64,000 nt of DNA from Desulfomicrobium sp. GTDB lineage: Bacteria > Desulfobacterota > Desulfovibrionia > Desulfovibrionales > Desulfomicrobiaceae. The stretch spans positions 1-64,000 of the forward strand of contig JAXGMI010000003.1 of the NCBI GenBank assembly GCA_040768745.1, in the 5' to 3' direction. A model generated the notes under the pieces. It did not search any database, had not been told where the DNA came from, and saw only the letters and a list, made by a program, of their open reading frames with translations. Positions 1-9,124 of the stretch are shown here, in pieces. A program made the translations under genes and the position numbers. The first letter of the stretch is position 1. Each line of letters begins with the position of its first letter.

Positions 1-234
1 TTCATCCATACTCGCATCGACATGAATGACTTATGCTTCAAGACTATCTAACCACATTCAAAACAAAGTAAAAGCATGAAAGCAACCGTGAGCAGGTATG
101 ATTTTTTTGTTCATACTTTCTTGAAATATCACATGAAATCGATATGATATGAGCAAATTTTTTATTGCCTCTCTCGCCAAAAAACAAATCGACGCTAGCC
201 CTCTCTCTCTGGTCCTGATGTAACCCTCCCGCCC

Positions 235-398
235 ACCCTGAGCGCGCCCGGTCATCCTGAGCCCCCCGCTCACCCTGAGCGCGCCCGGTCATCCTGAGCC
301 CCCCGCTCACCCTGAGCGCGAAGCAGTCGAAGGGTCGAAGGGTCGAAGGGTCCAAGGGTCGAAGGGTCCAAGGGTCGGAAGGGTCGAAGGGTCGGAAG
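235..398 (+). repeat. REP-like/minisatellite cluster 1 (CACCCTGAGCGCG units plus GAAGGGTC octamer tandem array)
   Basis: Repeated caccctgagcgcgcccggtc / caccctgagcgcgaagcagtcgaagggtc units followed by tandem gaagggtc/caagggtc octamers; the same family recurs near 2418 and, inverted, near 5366. Confidence 0.85.
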
Positions 399-415
399 AC
401 CTGCGCCTAAAATAA

Positions 416-453
416 TGTAAAAAAATCCAACACCGTTGTCGAATAATCTTACA
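416..453. promoter_or_regulatory. Paired TGT-N11-ACA putative enhancer-binding-protein sites
   Basis: TGTAAAAAAATCCAACA (416-432) and TGTCGAATAATCTTACA (437-453), starts 21 bp apart; same architecture at 1088/1109 and 5587/5608. Confidence 0.65.
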
Positions 454-589
454 TAACTCATTTTTTGGGATGCCTGTCAAGGGCAGTTCTACAAAACGAA
501 AGGACATGTGGATCATGCCTTGAGAGAAACGATTCCCACTCCGCAGGGCCCAACCCTCAAGGGGCGAGGGGCTGCGGAGGTCGTGGGTA

Positions 590-678
590 ATCGGCTCCGC
601 GCGCCCGTGAAAGGTGGCGACGGATTGACCGGAGATGACGACCCGACATCATCGGCTCCGCGCGCCCGTGAAAGGTGG
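590..678 (+). repeat. 28-bp perfect direct repeat, two copies
   Basis: ATCGGCTCCGCGCGCCCGTGAAAGGTGG at 590-617 and 651-678 with a 33-nt spacer. Confidence 0.8.
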
Positions 679-1087
679 GCATCCCCGTTCCGCGCTTCCC
701 AGGACATGACGTTTGATTCGTCATCTCGAGGCGTCTTCGCCGTGGCGATCCATCTTTGTCCGATCGGGCGGTTAGGTCTTCATTGCATGCCAGGCTCTGC
801 GTGGGGCCCCTCGCAAGGACAGGACTTCATGATGGTTCCCCCGGCTTTTGCATGTGCAGAGAGACTCCTGCCGAGACTCACAAGCCCGCGGACGGTGAAA
901 CCTGATGAACCTGAAAATATTCTGCAGGACCGCGGATGAGCACCTTTGGCTGCACACCGGACACGCCGGATGGCGCTCCAGGTTCTGCAAAACCCGTCGC
1001 TTCCCTCCACCCGGACAAGCTGCCCTGGCGATCAGGCTTCCCCACCTCATCGCTCAGGCCAGCCGAACTCCCGCCGGTCCAACACAC

Positions 1088-1125
1088 TGTAAAAAACACC
1101 AGTATTCCTGTCGGGAAACTTTACA
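1088..1125 (+). promoter_or_regulatory. Putative upstream activator sequence for PEP-CTERM gene 1
   Basis: TGTAAAAAAC half-site at 1088 and TGTCGGGAAACTTTACA at 1109-1125, about 64 bp upstream of a sigma54 promoter. Confidence 0.7.
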
Positions 1126-1188
1126 TTTTTCTCCATGCCGGACCTGAAAAACAGTCTGCAACCCTCACCCGGCAACGATTCATGACTT

Positions 1189-1204
1189 TGGCATGGACTA
1201 TGCT
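1189..1204 (+). promoter_or_regulatory. Sigma54 (-24/-12) promoter
   Basis: TGGCATGGACTATGCT matches TGGCACG-N4-TTGCW with exact GG-N10-GC spacing, 50 bp before the start codon. Confidence 0.75.
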
Positions 1205-1253
1205 GAAAGCGTCATAACTTGAATAATGATGTCTCATCTTAACGGAGGTAGTT

Positions 1254-2108
1254 ATGCGGCGCATCACACAAATTCTGGCAATGGCCCTGGTCACCCTGCT
1301 GATGACAACCAGCGCATGGGCATGGACGTCCTGGACGTGGAATGTGGATACAATCGGGTACACGGCTTATGTAGGCTCCATTGTTCCCACCACTACCGTC
1401 AATTTTAATGAACTTGTCAACCTCACCAATGCGGGTGATTTTCCTGTACAGGCCTATATCACCCAGGATCTGGGGGGAAATGGCGTCCTCTCCGACGGCG
1501 ACACCTTTACTGAGTTCGGGGCAGTAAACGTTGTGGGAAAGGATTCCGCTGCGACGTTCTTTGACGCTGAAGGTAATCCAGCCTACATCTACTCCGTGTT
1601 CGAGAACCTGTCCGGCTACATTGATAACGTGGGCGTGGATCTGTCGGGTAACCCTGTTTACGACATTACCTTCACACCCACCGGCTCCGAGACCATCGAA
1701 CTCCGCTACACCGACGACCTGACCCTGACCACGTATGATGGCGTGATCGCTTCCTTCAATCTGATCAGGGCTGGCGCGACCGGCTTCGTGTTGGATGAAG
1801 GCGCAGGGCTCAACAGCGGGTTCAGTTTCACTATCGGAATGAAGGATGTCATGGTGGACGGTTTCTACGAATTCCCTATCGGATTCGCCGAGGACATCCT
1901 CGCAGATAACGGCCCCAATTCCATCCTGGGTTTCCTGGACTTCAACGCCAACATCATTGGAATCGACACCGAAAACCGAAATTCCTGGGAAATCACCGTC
2001 GAGAACTCGGGCACCATGCGGCATGTCGCCACCCCCGAGCCCGGCACCATGCTTCTCCTGGGCGTCGGCCTCCTGGGCCTGGGCGCAGTGGCCCGCCGCC
2101 GCAGATAA
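1254..2108 (+). CDS. PEP-CTERM sorting domain protein (possibly PepA-like)
   Basis: RBS GGAGG, signal peptide MRRITQILAMALVTLLMTTSAWA, C-terminal TPEPGTMLLLGVGLLGLGAVARRRR (PEP motif, TM helix, basic tail). Confidence 0.92.
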   Translation: MRRITQILAMALVTLLMTTSAWAWTSWTWNVDTIGYTAYVGSIVPTTTVNFNELVNLTNAGDFPVQAYITQDLGGNGVLSDGDTFTEFGAVNVVGKDSAATFFDAEGNPAYIYSVFENLSGYIDNVGVDLSGNPVYDITFTPTGSETIELRYTDDLTLTTYDGVIASFNLIRAGATGFVLDEGAGLNSGFSFTIGMKDVMVDGFYEFPIGFAEDILADNGPNSILGFLDFNANIIGIDTENRNSWEITVENSGTMRHVATPEPGTMLLLGVGLLGLGAVARRRR

Positions 2109-2132
2109 GCAGCTCAATCCTCCACAAGCAGC

Positions 2133-2164
2133 AGGCCGGGAAGCTCGACTTCCCGGCCTTTTTT
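2133..2164 (+). terminator. Rho-independent terminator
   Basis: Hairpin AGGCCGGGAAG-ctcga-CTTCCCGGCCT followed by a T run. Confidence 0.85.
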
Positions 2165-2417
2165 ACGTCCTGCGCCGGCCTGTTACATTTCCCGACAGAG
2201 ACGTACATCCACGGCAACCCGGCAAATCTTCCCCCAAAAATACGCCACGGACTGCGGCGCCAAAAGGATGCGCAACCCTCCCCGCTTGGATTCCAAAAAA
2301 CCTTCCCTCCGCTCGCGGAAGTTCCTCCCGAGCTCAATAAATAGGGACAGAGCCAACGCGGGGCAGCATGGCCACCCCTTCCCGGCCTGATCTCCGCTCG
2401 TCCTGAACGCCCCGTCT

Positions 2418-2637
2418 ACCCTGAGCCCCCCGCTCACTCCGAGCCCCCCGTTCACCCTGAGCGCGCCCGTTCACCCTGAGCGCGAAGCAGTCGAAGGGTC
2501 GAAGGGTCACTCTGAGCGCGCCCGGTCACCCTGAGCGCGAAGCAGTCGAAGGGTCGAAGGGTCCAAGGGTCACTCTGAGCGCGCCCGGTCACCCTGAGCG
2601 CGAAGCAGTCGAAGGGTCGAAGGGTCGAAGGGTCACC
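2418..2637 (+). repeat. REP-like/minisatellite cluster 2
   Basis: Three copies of caccctgagcgcgaagcagtcgaagggtcgaagggtc plus shorter ctgagcgcgcccg units. Confidence 0.85.
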
Positions 2638-2752
2638 CCATTCCCCCCTTACACAACCCGACTTTTCCTTGTCCGCTGGTTGACACTGGCCCATACATCC
2701 CGGAAAAATGACTCTGACCCTGAGAACCACCAATAACAACAAGGGGGCCTTC

Positions 2753-3550
2753 GTGCATTCGACCCAACGTTTTATCCTCAAGTTCCTCGGCCCGATGTGC
2801 AGCCTGGCATGGATTGCCATCCTCTTGTCTGCCGTCGCTCATGCCCAGCCCTCGGGCCGGGAAGTGGCCCAACTGGTTTATGACCGCTATGTGGGCGAGG
2901 ACGCGGTCTCGCGACAAATCATGGAACTCGTCCCGGCCGACGGGCAGAAACGGGTCCGGGAATTGACCATCACAGCGACGGCCCGCAACGGATCGCGCAG
3001 AACCCTGCTGCGTTTCACCTCCCCGGCGGACATCCAGGGCACCGGATTTCTGGCGGTGGAGGACGGCCAGGGCGGCACGGAGCAGTTCCTGTACCTGCCG
3101 GCCCTGAAGCGGACCCGCCGCATCATGACGGGGCAGAAAAGCCGCAGCTTCGTGAACACCGATTTCACCTACGAAGACATGGAGCGCCGGCCCGTGGACT
3201 ACTCCGAACACGCCATCATGGGCGAGGGAACCCTGAACAACGTCTCCTGCTGGATCCTGGAAAGCCGGCCCAAACCCGGCACCGAGTCCCAGTACTCCCT
3301 GGTCCGGGCCTGGGTGGCCAAGGATATCCACGTGACCCTGCGGACGGATTTTTTCGCTGGAGGTCAGGAGCCAGTCAAACGCTTCAGCGTACTGGCACTG
3401 GAAAACATCCAGGACGTCTGGACAGAAACCAAGGTGGTCATGGCGGACCTGCAATCAGGGCACAAAACCGTCCTGGAAACTTCGGAAATCAGGTACAACT
3501 CGGGAGTGCAGGACAGCTCCTTCACCCAGCAGGCCCTGGAGCACTGGTAG
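2753..3550 (+). CDS. Outer membrane lipoprotein-sorting (LolA-like) periplasmic protein
   Basis: Signal peptide ending AVAHA; motifs RFTSPADIQGTGFL, LYLPALKRTRRI, SFVNTDFTYEDM typical of the LolA-like family found with MMPL genes; start uncertain (2708 ATG or 2753 GTG). Confidence 0.85.
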   Translation: MHSTQRFILKFLGPMCSLAWIAILLSAVAHAQPSGREVAQLVYDRYVGEDAVSRQIMELVPADGQKRVRELTITATARNGSRRTLLRFTSPADIQGTGFLAVEDGQGGTEQFLYLPALKRTRRIMTGQKSRSFVNTDFTYEDMERRPVDYSEHAIMGEGTLNNVSCWILESRPKPGTESQYSLVRAWVAKDIHVTLRTDFFAGGQEPVKRFSVLALENIQDVWTETKVVMADLQSGHKTVLETSEIRYNSGVQDSSFTQQALEHW

Positions 3551-3698
3551 CAACCCTGCCGAGGCGCTGTTCCGCCTCCACAGTCCAGCCGGGGCGTCAG
3601 CGACGGCAAACGGGCCGTAAACGCAGGGATGCCGCCAGGTTTTTCTTGGACAATGTCAAGGATGCTCACACCCAGCTACGGATTTAGAACACGCAGTC

Positions 3699-3715
3699 TG
3701 TCGAAATATTTTACA
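3699..3715 (+). promoter_or_regulatory. Putative upstream activator sequence for PEP-CTERM gene 2
   Basis: TGTCGAAATATTTTACA; a second TGT-N11-ACA at 3654-3670. Confidence 0.7.
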
Positions 3716-3766
3716 CATCCCATCTTTGAGGAATGATTTATTCAATCGAAACAATATGTTGAATTA

Positions 3767-3782
3767 TGGCACACCATTTGCT
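3767..3782 (+). promoter_or_regulatory. Sigma54 (-24/-12) promoter
   Basis: TGGCACACCATTTGCT, near-perfect consensus. Confidence 0.8.
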
Positions 3783-3862
3783 TATTCATCCCTGTCTGTA
3801 CAGAGATGGGATTTTCTCACAAGCAAAATTTTCAAAGCACCTTTTTACAAATGGGGTGGGGT

Positions 3863-4657
3863 ATGAAGAAACTGATCATTACTCTGGTGGCACTGACGAC
3901 CCTGGGCCTCGCCGGGAACGCTTTTGCCTTGGTAACGTACTGGGATTACACCCTGTCCGCAATTTTCACTAACAGCAAGCTCGATAACGGTAATTCGTTG
4001 GGGGACGGGACGACCCTGATCTGGGGCCAAAGTACCGGCTACGGACGGAGTAGCCTGGTCATCGACCCATCCGTGATCGATGACACCGTAGAGACGTTCA
4101 TCGGCGGCGGCGTTATTCCCAATACCTACTGGGCCGACTCCGTCGACTTGACCCACAACAACAACCCGATCACCGGCTCGAGCTTGGCCACCACGACCTT
4201 GAAGGTGTCCGTTACTCTCGATCCTGCCGTGCCCGACAACCCTACCCTTCCTGTGCAGACCTTTGACTTCGACATCGACTTCACGGAAACGCCCAATATC
4301 GGCGAACCTCTAGAATGGGATATCTTTGCCCTGCTGTCCGGCTTCCCGAACTTCAACTTCATGTACGATGCGGGTGACGGCGACGGGATTCTTAAGTACT
4401 TCGTCAACGTCTTCCCGGGTGACGGCAGCTCCCTTTACTATCTGAACGAGGATCAACTCGCTCTGGCCGGACTGCCCGCGGGTGCGAAGATCCTGGGCTT
4501 CGCCACCAGAGAAAGGCAATCGACCACCCTGCCCTTCTCCTTCACCATCTCCACAGAGCCCTTTAACCACACTGTCCCCGAGCCTTCAACCGCAATCCTT
4601 CTTGGAGCCAGCCTGATGGGCATAGCCGCCTTTGGCCGCAAGATCCGCAAGAACTGA
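3863..4657 (+). CDS. PEP-CTERM protein, THxN-type
   Basis: Signal MKKLIITLVALTTLGLAGNAFA; LTHNNNPI and FTETPN motifs; C-terminal VPEPSTAILLGASLMGIAAFGRKIRKN. Confidence 0.92.
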   Translation: MKKLIITLVALTTLGLAGNAFALVTYWDYTLSAIFTNSKLDNGNSLGDGTTLIWGQSTGYGRSSLVIDPSVIDDTVETFIGGGVIPNTYWADSVDLTHNNNPITGSSLATTTLKVSVTLDPAVPDNPTLPVQTFDFDIDFTETPNIGEPLEWDIFALLSGFPNFNFMYDAGDGDGILKYFVNVFPGDGSSLYYLNEDQLALAGLPAGAKILGFATRERQSTTLPFSFTISTEPFNHTVPEPSTAILLGASLMGIAAFGRKIRKN

Positions 4658-5087
4658 TCCTTTTCCTCAAACCTGCATATCCACGACGGCCCGGGTGCAC
4701 AGCGCCCGGGCCGCTGCATTTTAAAGGATAACCACTCAGTTTATTTAATAAATTTGCTTAATTTTTATGGTTCATCCGGCTGGAGCGTACTTTTGACAAA
4801 ATGAAAGGACATGGGGTTAATCAAATCTTCACGCCAATAAAAACGAAGAGGATGAACCGCCATGTTGACCTGTCCGGCTATTTTTAGACCACTCGAAACC
4901 CGAGATAGGTTTCTCCCTCAACCACAAGGACCTCTTGAGCATTTGACCATGGAGTACGGATATCGGGGCTCCTACACCGGTTGCGTTACGGCAGGCCGAA
5001 GATCCCTTACGTACAGACGGGTGGAGACGCCCCCAGGGGCGCAGTCGCAGACGGACTGGGGCGAATTCTCCGGCGTGAGGGTCGCGT

Positions 5088-5348
5088 GCCTGGATGGCCC
5101 GGGATATCCACGTGACCCTGCGGGCGGATTTTTTCGCTGGAGGTCAGGAGCCAGTCAAACGCTTCAGCGTACTGGCACTGGAAAACATCCAGGAAGTCTG
5201 GACAGAAACCAAGGTGGTCATGGTGGACCTGCAATCAGGGCACAAAACCGTCCTGGAAACTTCGGAAATCAGGTACAACTCGGGAGTGCAGGACAGCTCC
5301 TTCACCCAACAGGCCCTGGAGCACTGGCAGCTCTCGGGCCAGTGTTAA
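5088..5348 (+). pseudogene. Duplicated 3' fragment of the LolA-like gene
   Basis: 5088-5327 aligns to 3308-3547 at offset 1780 with about 7 mismatches in 240 bp; the TAG stop is replaced by CAG; no 5' part. Confidence 0.9.
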
Positions 5349-5365
5349 GGACGCACTGATCAAGT

Positions 5366-5543
5366 CCTTCGACTGTTCTACCCTTCGACCCTTCGACTGC
5401 TTCGCGCTCAGGGTGGCCGGCGCGCTCAGGGCGAACGGGCGCTCAGACTGAGCGGGAAGGGTGAGCTTGTCGATTCCGTAGGGGGTGAGCTTGTCGAACC
5501 ATGATTCCGTCGCGCGGAGCCCGACTTTCGCGCGGAGCCCGAC
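5366..5543 (-). repeat. REP-like cluster 3, inverted relative to clusters 1 and 2
   Basis: cccttcgacccttcgactgcttcgcgctcagggtg is the reverse complement of the core unit; also gtgagcttgtcga x2 and tcgcgcggagcccgac x2. Confidence 0.8.
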
Positions 5544-5586
5544 ATTCGGTTTTGAGCCTGTCGAAAATTAGAATATTAGGATAAAC

Positions 5587-5624
5587 TGTAAGATTTTTTT
5601 GGAAGCTTGTCGGAATATCTTACA
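5587..5624 (+). promoter_or_regulatory. Paired putative enhancer sites upstream of the barrel/biosynthetic genes
   Basis: TGTAAGATTT half-site at 5587 and TGTCGGAATATCTTACA at 5608-5624 (21-bp offset; outer palindrome TGTAAG...CTTACA). Confidence 0.65.
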
Positions 5625-5898
5625 GTTTTGAATGACCTTCGCTTGACTTTTCTGATCGGAAAAAATGATCAAAGCTCTGCCCGGGAGTGCTGGCAGACCT
5701 CCGGACGCGCAACGATCACCCTAAAAAGCCTGGTGAACGGATGCATCCCACGTCCCGAATCGGTCCTTGCTGACTTTGCATCGCCTGCCGTTTCATTTAG
5801 ATTGACACCGTCGGCATGGGGTTGCAACTTACAAGACTGAAATCGAAACCGTGCCAAGACGTCGCATGCAGCAATGCGTCCATACCCAGGAGAATCGG

Positions 5899-7788
5899 AT
5901 GGTTCCTGAAGCCCGCCCCAGCAACCCGAACGTCAAGCAACCCCATGCCCGGCCAGCCCCGGATTTCCTCTGGCGGTTCCTCGGCGCCTTTCTGCTGCCC
6001 CTGCTGCTCCTCCTGAGCCCCGTCCCGGCCGCGCCAGCCTCGCCACCCGTCGTTGTTTCCGATCTGGCGCTGCCTGCCCACCACGACGAGCAAACTCTGA
6101 TCCTCACCCTGTCCGGCCAGCCGCACAGCGTGAGGTCATTCGTGATGAGCAAACCTTCACGCCTGGCTGTGGACATCGCCGCGGCCCGGCTCCAAGGCGA
6201 CAACCGCAGCCTGCCTGCCCAGCACGACCTGATCCACGGCGTCCGCATCGCACAGTTCAAGAAGGACACGGTGCGCGTCGTCCTGGACCTGAAACGGGAA
6301 GTCCGGCACCTGGTCTCCTCCCGCCCAGCGCCAGGAGACCCCACCAGGCACGAAATCATCGTCAATCTCCTCCCGCAAGCGCCCGATGCGGCCCTCCCTG
6401 GGCCGAGCCCTGCCCCGCTCCTGCCCCAGGCCGCCCTGGACCCGGCCGGCGGGATCGCATCCGAGCCGGCGCCCGCCCTGTCGTTGGCCAAGAGGGAGGG
6501 GGAGCAGAACAGGAAAATCGTCTTCTCCGCTGACGACAAATCCTCCCAGAGACCGCAGGAAGAGACCTCGCCCTGGGGGGCGATGGACTTCTCGGGATTT
6601 GCGATGGCCAAAGGAACCCAGGAAATGCACGAGTCCGGGGATTCCGAGCAGGCCAGGATGTTCCGCAACACGCTCCGGCTGGAGGGAAAATGGACCCCGC
6701 CGGCGTGGGCCAATGCCCAGCAGCCCAAGGGCGAGACCTCCAATACCTTCGTGCTGGCCTCGGTCCAGTCCGACTATCTGTGGTTCGGCCCGACCCCTTC
6801 CTCGGACGACTACGACCTGGAACTCTACGAAGGCTATCTGTTCCGGGCCACGCCGGACTGGGATCTGCGCCTGGGCCGGCAGATCGTGCGCTGGGGCAAG
6901 GCGGACCAGATCAGCCCGGTGGACAACATCAACCCCCAGGACATGCGCGAATTCTTCCTGCCCGACCTGGAGGACCGCAAGATCCCCAACTGGATGGCCA
7001 GGGTCCGCCTCTTTCCCGACCTGTTCACCCTGGAGGGCGTCTTCGTCCCCTTTTTCGAGGAAAACAGATTCGACTACACGGGCAGCAAGTTCGCCCTGCT
7101 GGGCAGCGAACCGAACAACCTGCGCATCAACGAATCCGAACCCGGCAACGGCCTGGACAATGCGGCCCTGGGCCTGCGCACGTCGACGACCGTGGCCGGC
7201 TGGGACTTCGCCCTGAGCTACCTGTACACCAGGGAAAAGTCCCCCCGCCTGCGCCTCGATCCCGCCTCGCCCGCAGGGCCGACCCTGCATGCCGACTACC
7301 CGCGGCAGCACATCTTCGGGTGGGAATTCGAGACAACCTTTGACAAATTCGGCTTCCGCGGAGAAGGGGCCTACTTCGACGGGCAGTCCATGACCACCGA
7401 AAGCCTCGACTCCGTGTCCACGCCCGTGCTGCATTCTGTTCTGGGCCTGGACTACATGGGCGAACAGGACTGGTACGCCAACGTGCAGCTGACCCATCAG
7501 CATGTTTTCGAGTACGAGTCGGACATCCTCTTCTCCAGGCGTGACAACTTCTACCTCAACGGGGAAGTCAACCGCGAGTTCTGGAGGGGCGACCTCATGC
7601 TCAAGCTGCGCTACGCCCTGGACATCCGGGACGGGGGGATGTTCCTGACCCCGGAGGCCATCCTGAAGTCGTTCAGAAACCTCGAACTCTCCCTGGGCGC
7701 CTACCTGTTCTTCGGCCCTTCGGACACCCTTTTCGGCCGCTACCAGGATAACGACCAAGCCTTCCTGAAGGCCACGTACCGTTTTTGA
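5899..7788 (+). CDS. AMIN-domain-fused outer membrane beta-barrel (DUF1302-like)
   Basis: Hydrophobic signal region; AMIN-like segment (PSRLAVDI...VRIAQF...VRVVLDLK); Pro/Ala linker; barrel motifs LRLGRQIVRWGKAD, DNINPQD; C-terminal aromatic KATYRF; start uncertain. Confidence 0.8.
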   Translation: MVPEARPSNPNVKQPHARPAPDFLWRFLGAFLLPLLLLLSPVPAAPASPPVVVSDLALPAHHDEQTLILTLSGQPHSVRSFVMSKPSRLAVDIAAARLQGDNRSLPAQHDLIHGVRIAQFKKDTVRVVLDLKREVRHLVSSRPAPGDPTRHEIIVNLLPQAPDAALPGPSPAPLLPQAALDPAGGIASEPAPALSLAKREGEQNRKIVFSADDKSSQRPQEETSPWGAMDFSGFAMAKGTQEMHESGDSEQARMFRNTLRLEGKWTPPAWANAQQPKGETSNTFVLASVQSDYLWFGPTPSSDDYDLELYEGYLFRATPDWDLRLGRQIVRWGKADQISPVDNINPQDMREFFLPDLEDRKIPNWMARVRLFPDLFTLEGVFVPFFEENRFDYTGSKFALLGSEPNNLRINESEPGNGLDNAALGLRTSTTVAGWDFALSYLYTREKSPRLRLDPASPAGPTLHADYPRQHIFGWEFETTFDKFGFRGEGAYFDGQSMTTESLDSVSTPVLHSVLGLDYMGEQDWYANVQLTHQHVFEYESDILFSRRDNFYLNGEVNREFWRGDLMLKLRYALDIRDGGMFLTPEAILKSFRNLELSLGAYLFFGPSDTLFGRYQDNDQAFLKATYRF

Positions 7789-8044
7789 CGTAGCCGCACC
7801 CGACAGCGGGCATCAGATCGCGCACCTGCCAGACCATTGGAGAGCAGGCATGGCGGCGTCCTGGGCAGACAGTCAGCATGGTTTTCCATGCAATGGCACC
7901 CTTTCCTGGTATGATTCTTGATAATGAATCTCATCGGCCCTGGGCGTCCCTGGATGCGGGATATCTGGAATTTGCAAAAGCCCATGAATCCAGGTAGAGG
8001 AACTCGGCTTTACCTTGGAACGACAAAATCTTCATAGAGAGAAC

Positions 8045-8929
8045 ATGGAACTGCAACGAACTGCCTGGCTGCCTTTTATCGGCACACTGCCTCCAAAAAC
8101 AAGCTTCGCCCCTGGTCGCCGTGATATCGACTACGTCTTCAAAATCGCGGACTCGATGGATGAGCTGCTGCAGGCCTTCCACCTTCTCTACCAGGAATAC
8201 CTGAGCGTCGGATATATCAGCGAAAAACCGGGCCAGGTCCTGTTCACCAAATACCACCTCTTGCCAGAGACCTGCGTCTTCATCGCCAAATCCCAGAAAA
8301 ACGTTCTTTCCACGACCACACTGGTCCATGATTCCGGGTTGTTCGGACTGCCCATGGACGGGCTGTACGGAGACGAACTCAGCACACTGCGCAAAAAGCG
8401 CCGCAACATCGTGGAGGTCGGATCGCTCGCTTCCGACAGGCATACGTTTTCCCGTTCCGGCATCAACAACTTCATGAAGCTTATTTTGCTGTATTGCGTA
8501 TTCTCCAATGTCGATGACGGTCTGGTCATGGTCAACCCCAGGCACGTGCAGCATTACAAAAGCAGATACGGATTCAACGTCTTCGGAGAAGAGAAATTCT
8601 ACCCCCAGGTCAATGCCCCTGCGGTGGCATTGCACGTTGATGTCCGGGCAATGCGAGAGAAGTTCAATAGCGCCTACTGCAACTTCCCATTCAGGCAGGA
8701 GTTGTACGCGAACTACCTGTCCATGAAGATCGTCCTCAGCAAGAACATACTCAACGCCTTCGATAACGACGCCACCGCGTACATGCATTCCAACCCCATG
8801 AATGCACGTTTCTTCAATCAGTTTCTGTGCGGAAAAAACGGGGACCTCTCTGAACTTCCCCTTGAATGCAAGAACTACCTCAGAAAAGTGTATCCTGGCA
8901 TCAAAATCGAGAACAGCATCGACCTGTAG
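8045..8929 (+). CDS. N-acyl amino acid synthase, FeeM-like GNAT (OxzA-like), copy 1
   Basis: Motifs ELLQAFHLLYQEY..VGY, LFGLPMDGLY, VEVGSLAS, MVNPRHV, NAPAVAL; alternative TTG start at 8015. Confidence 0.78.
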   Translation: MELQRTAWLPFIGTLPPKTSFAPGRRDIDYVFKIADSMDELLQAFHLLYQEYLSVGYISEKPGQVLFTKYHLLPETCVFIAKSQKNVLSTTTLVHDSGLFGLPMDGLYGDELSTLRKKRRNIVEVGSLASDRHTFSRSGINNFMKLILLYCVFSNVDDGLVMVNPRHVQHYKSRYGFNVFGEEKFYPQVNAPAVALHVDVRAMREKFNSAYCNFPFRQELYANYLSMKIVLSKNILNAFDNDATAYMHSNPMNARFFNQFLCGKNGDLSELPLECKNYLRKVYPGIKIENSIDL

Positions 8930-9124
8930 TGTTGCGCGATCCCCACCCTCTCCAGCATCTCGATTCCGCCGCCCTCTCCCTTGACACGCATCGTTGTTTC
9001 CCAGAGTGTTGAAAGCGATTATCATTTAATATATTATTTTCTGGGGCGCGGACTGGAAACTGCCCGACAGCCCGTCTGATCCTGTCTTTCACTCAGTCTT
9101 CTGGGCTGGGAACAAGGAGCAGCC

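Noticed and set aside
1..23. Possible start of a minus-strand gene (MSMRVWM) leaving the window
   Set aside because: Too little sequence to call
590..678. CRISPR array
   Set aside because: Only two repeats, no recognisable CRISPR repeat ends and no cas genes; kept only as a repeat
44..1217. Several short ORFs in the ORF track
   Set aside because: They translate repeats or regulatory DNA (for example DPSTLRP units) and lack an RBS or family motifs
2205..2300. c-di-GMP-I riboswitch (GCCGGGTTGCCG on the minus strand)
   Set aside because: The rest of the GEMM consensus is missing and no downstream gene lies in that orientation
5812..5826. Sigma54 promoter for the barrel gene
   Set aside because: GG-to-GC spacing is 9 rather than the required 10
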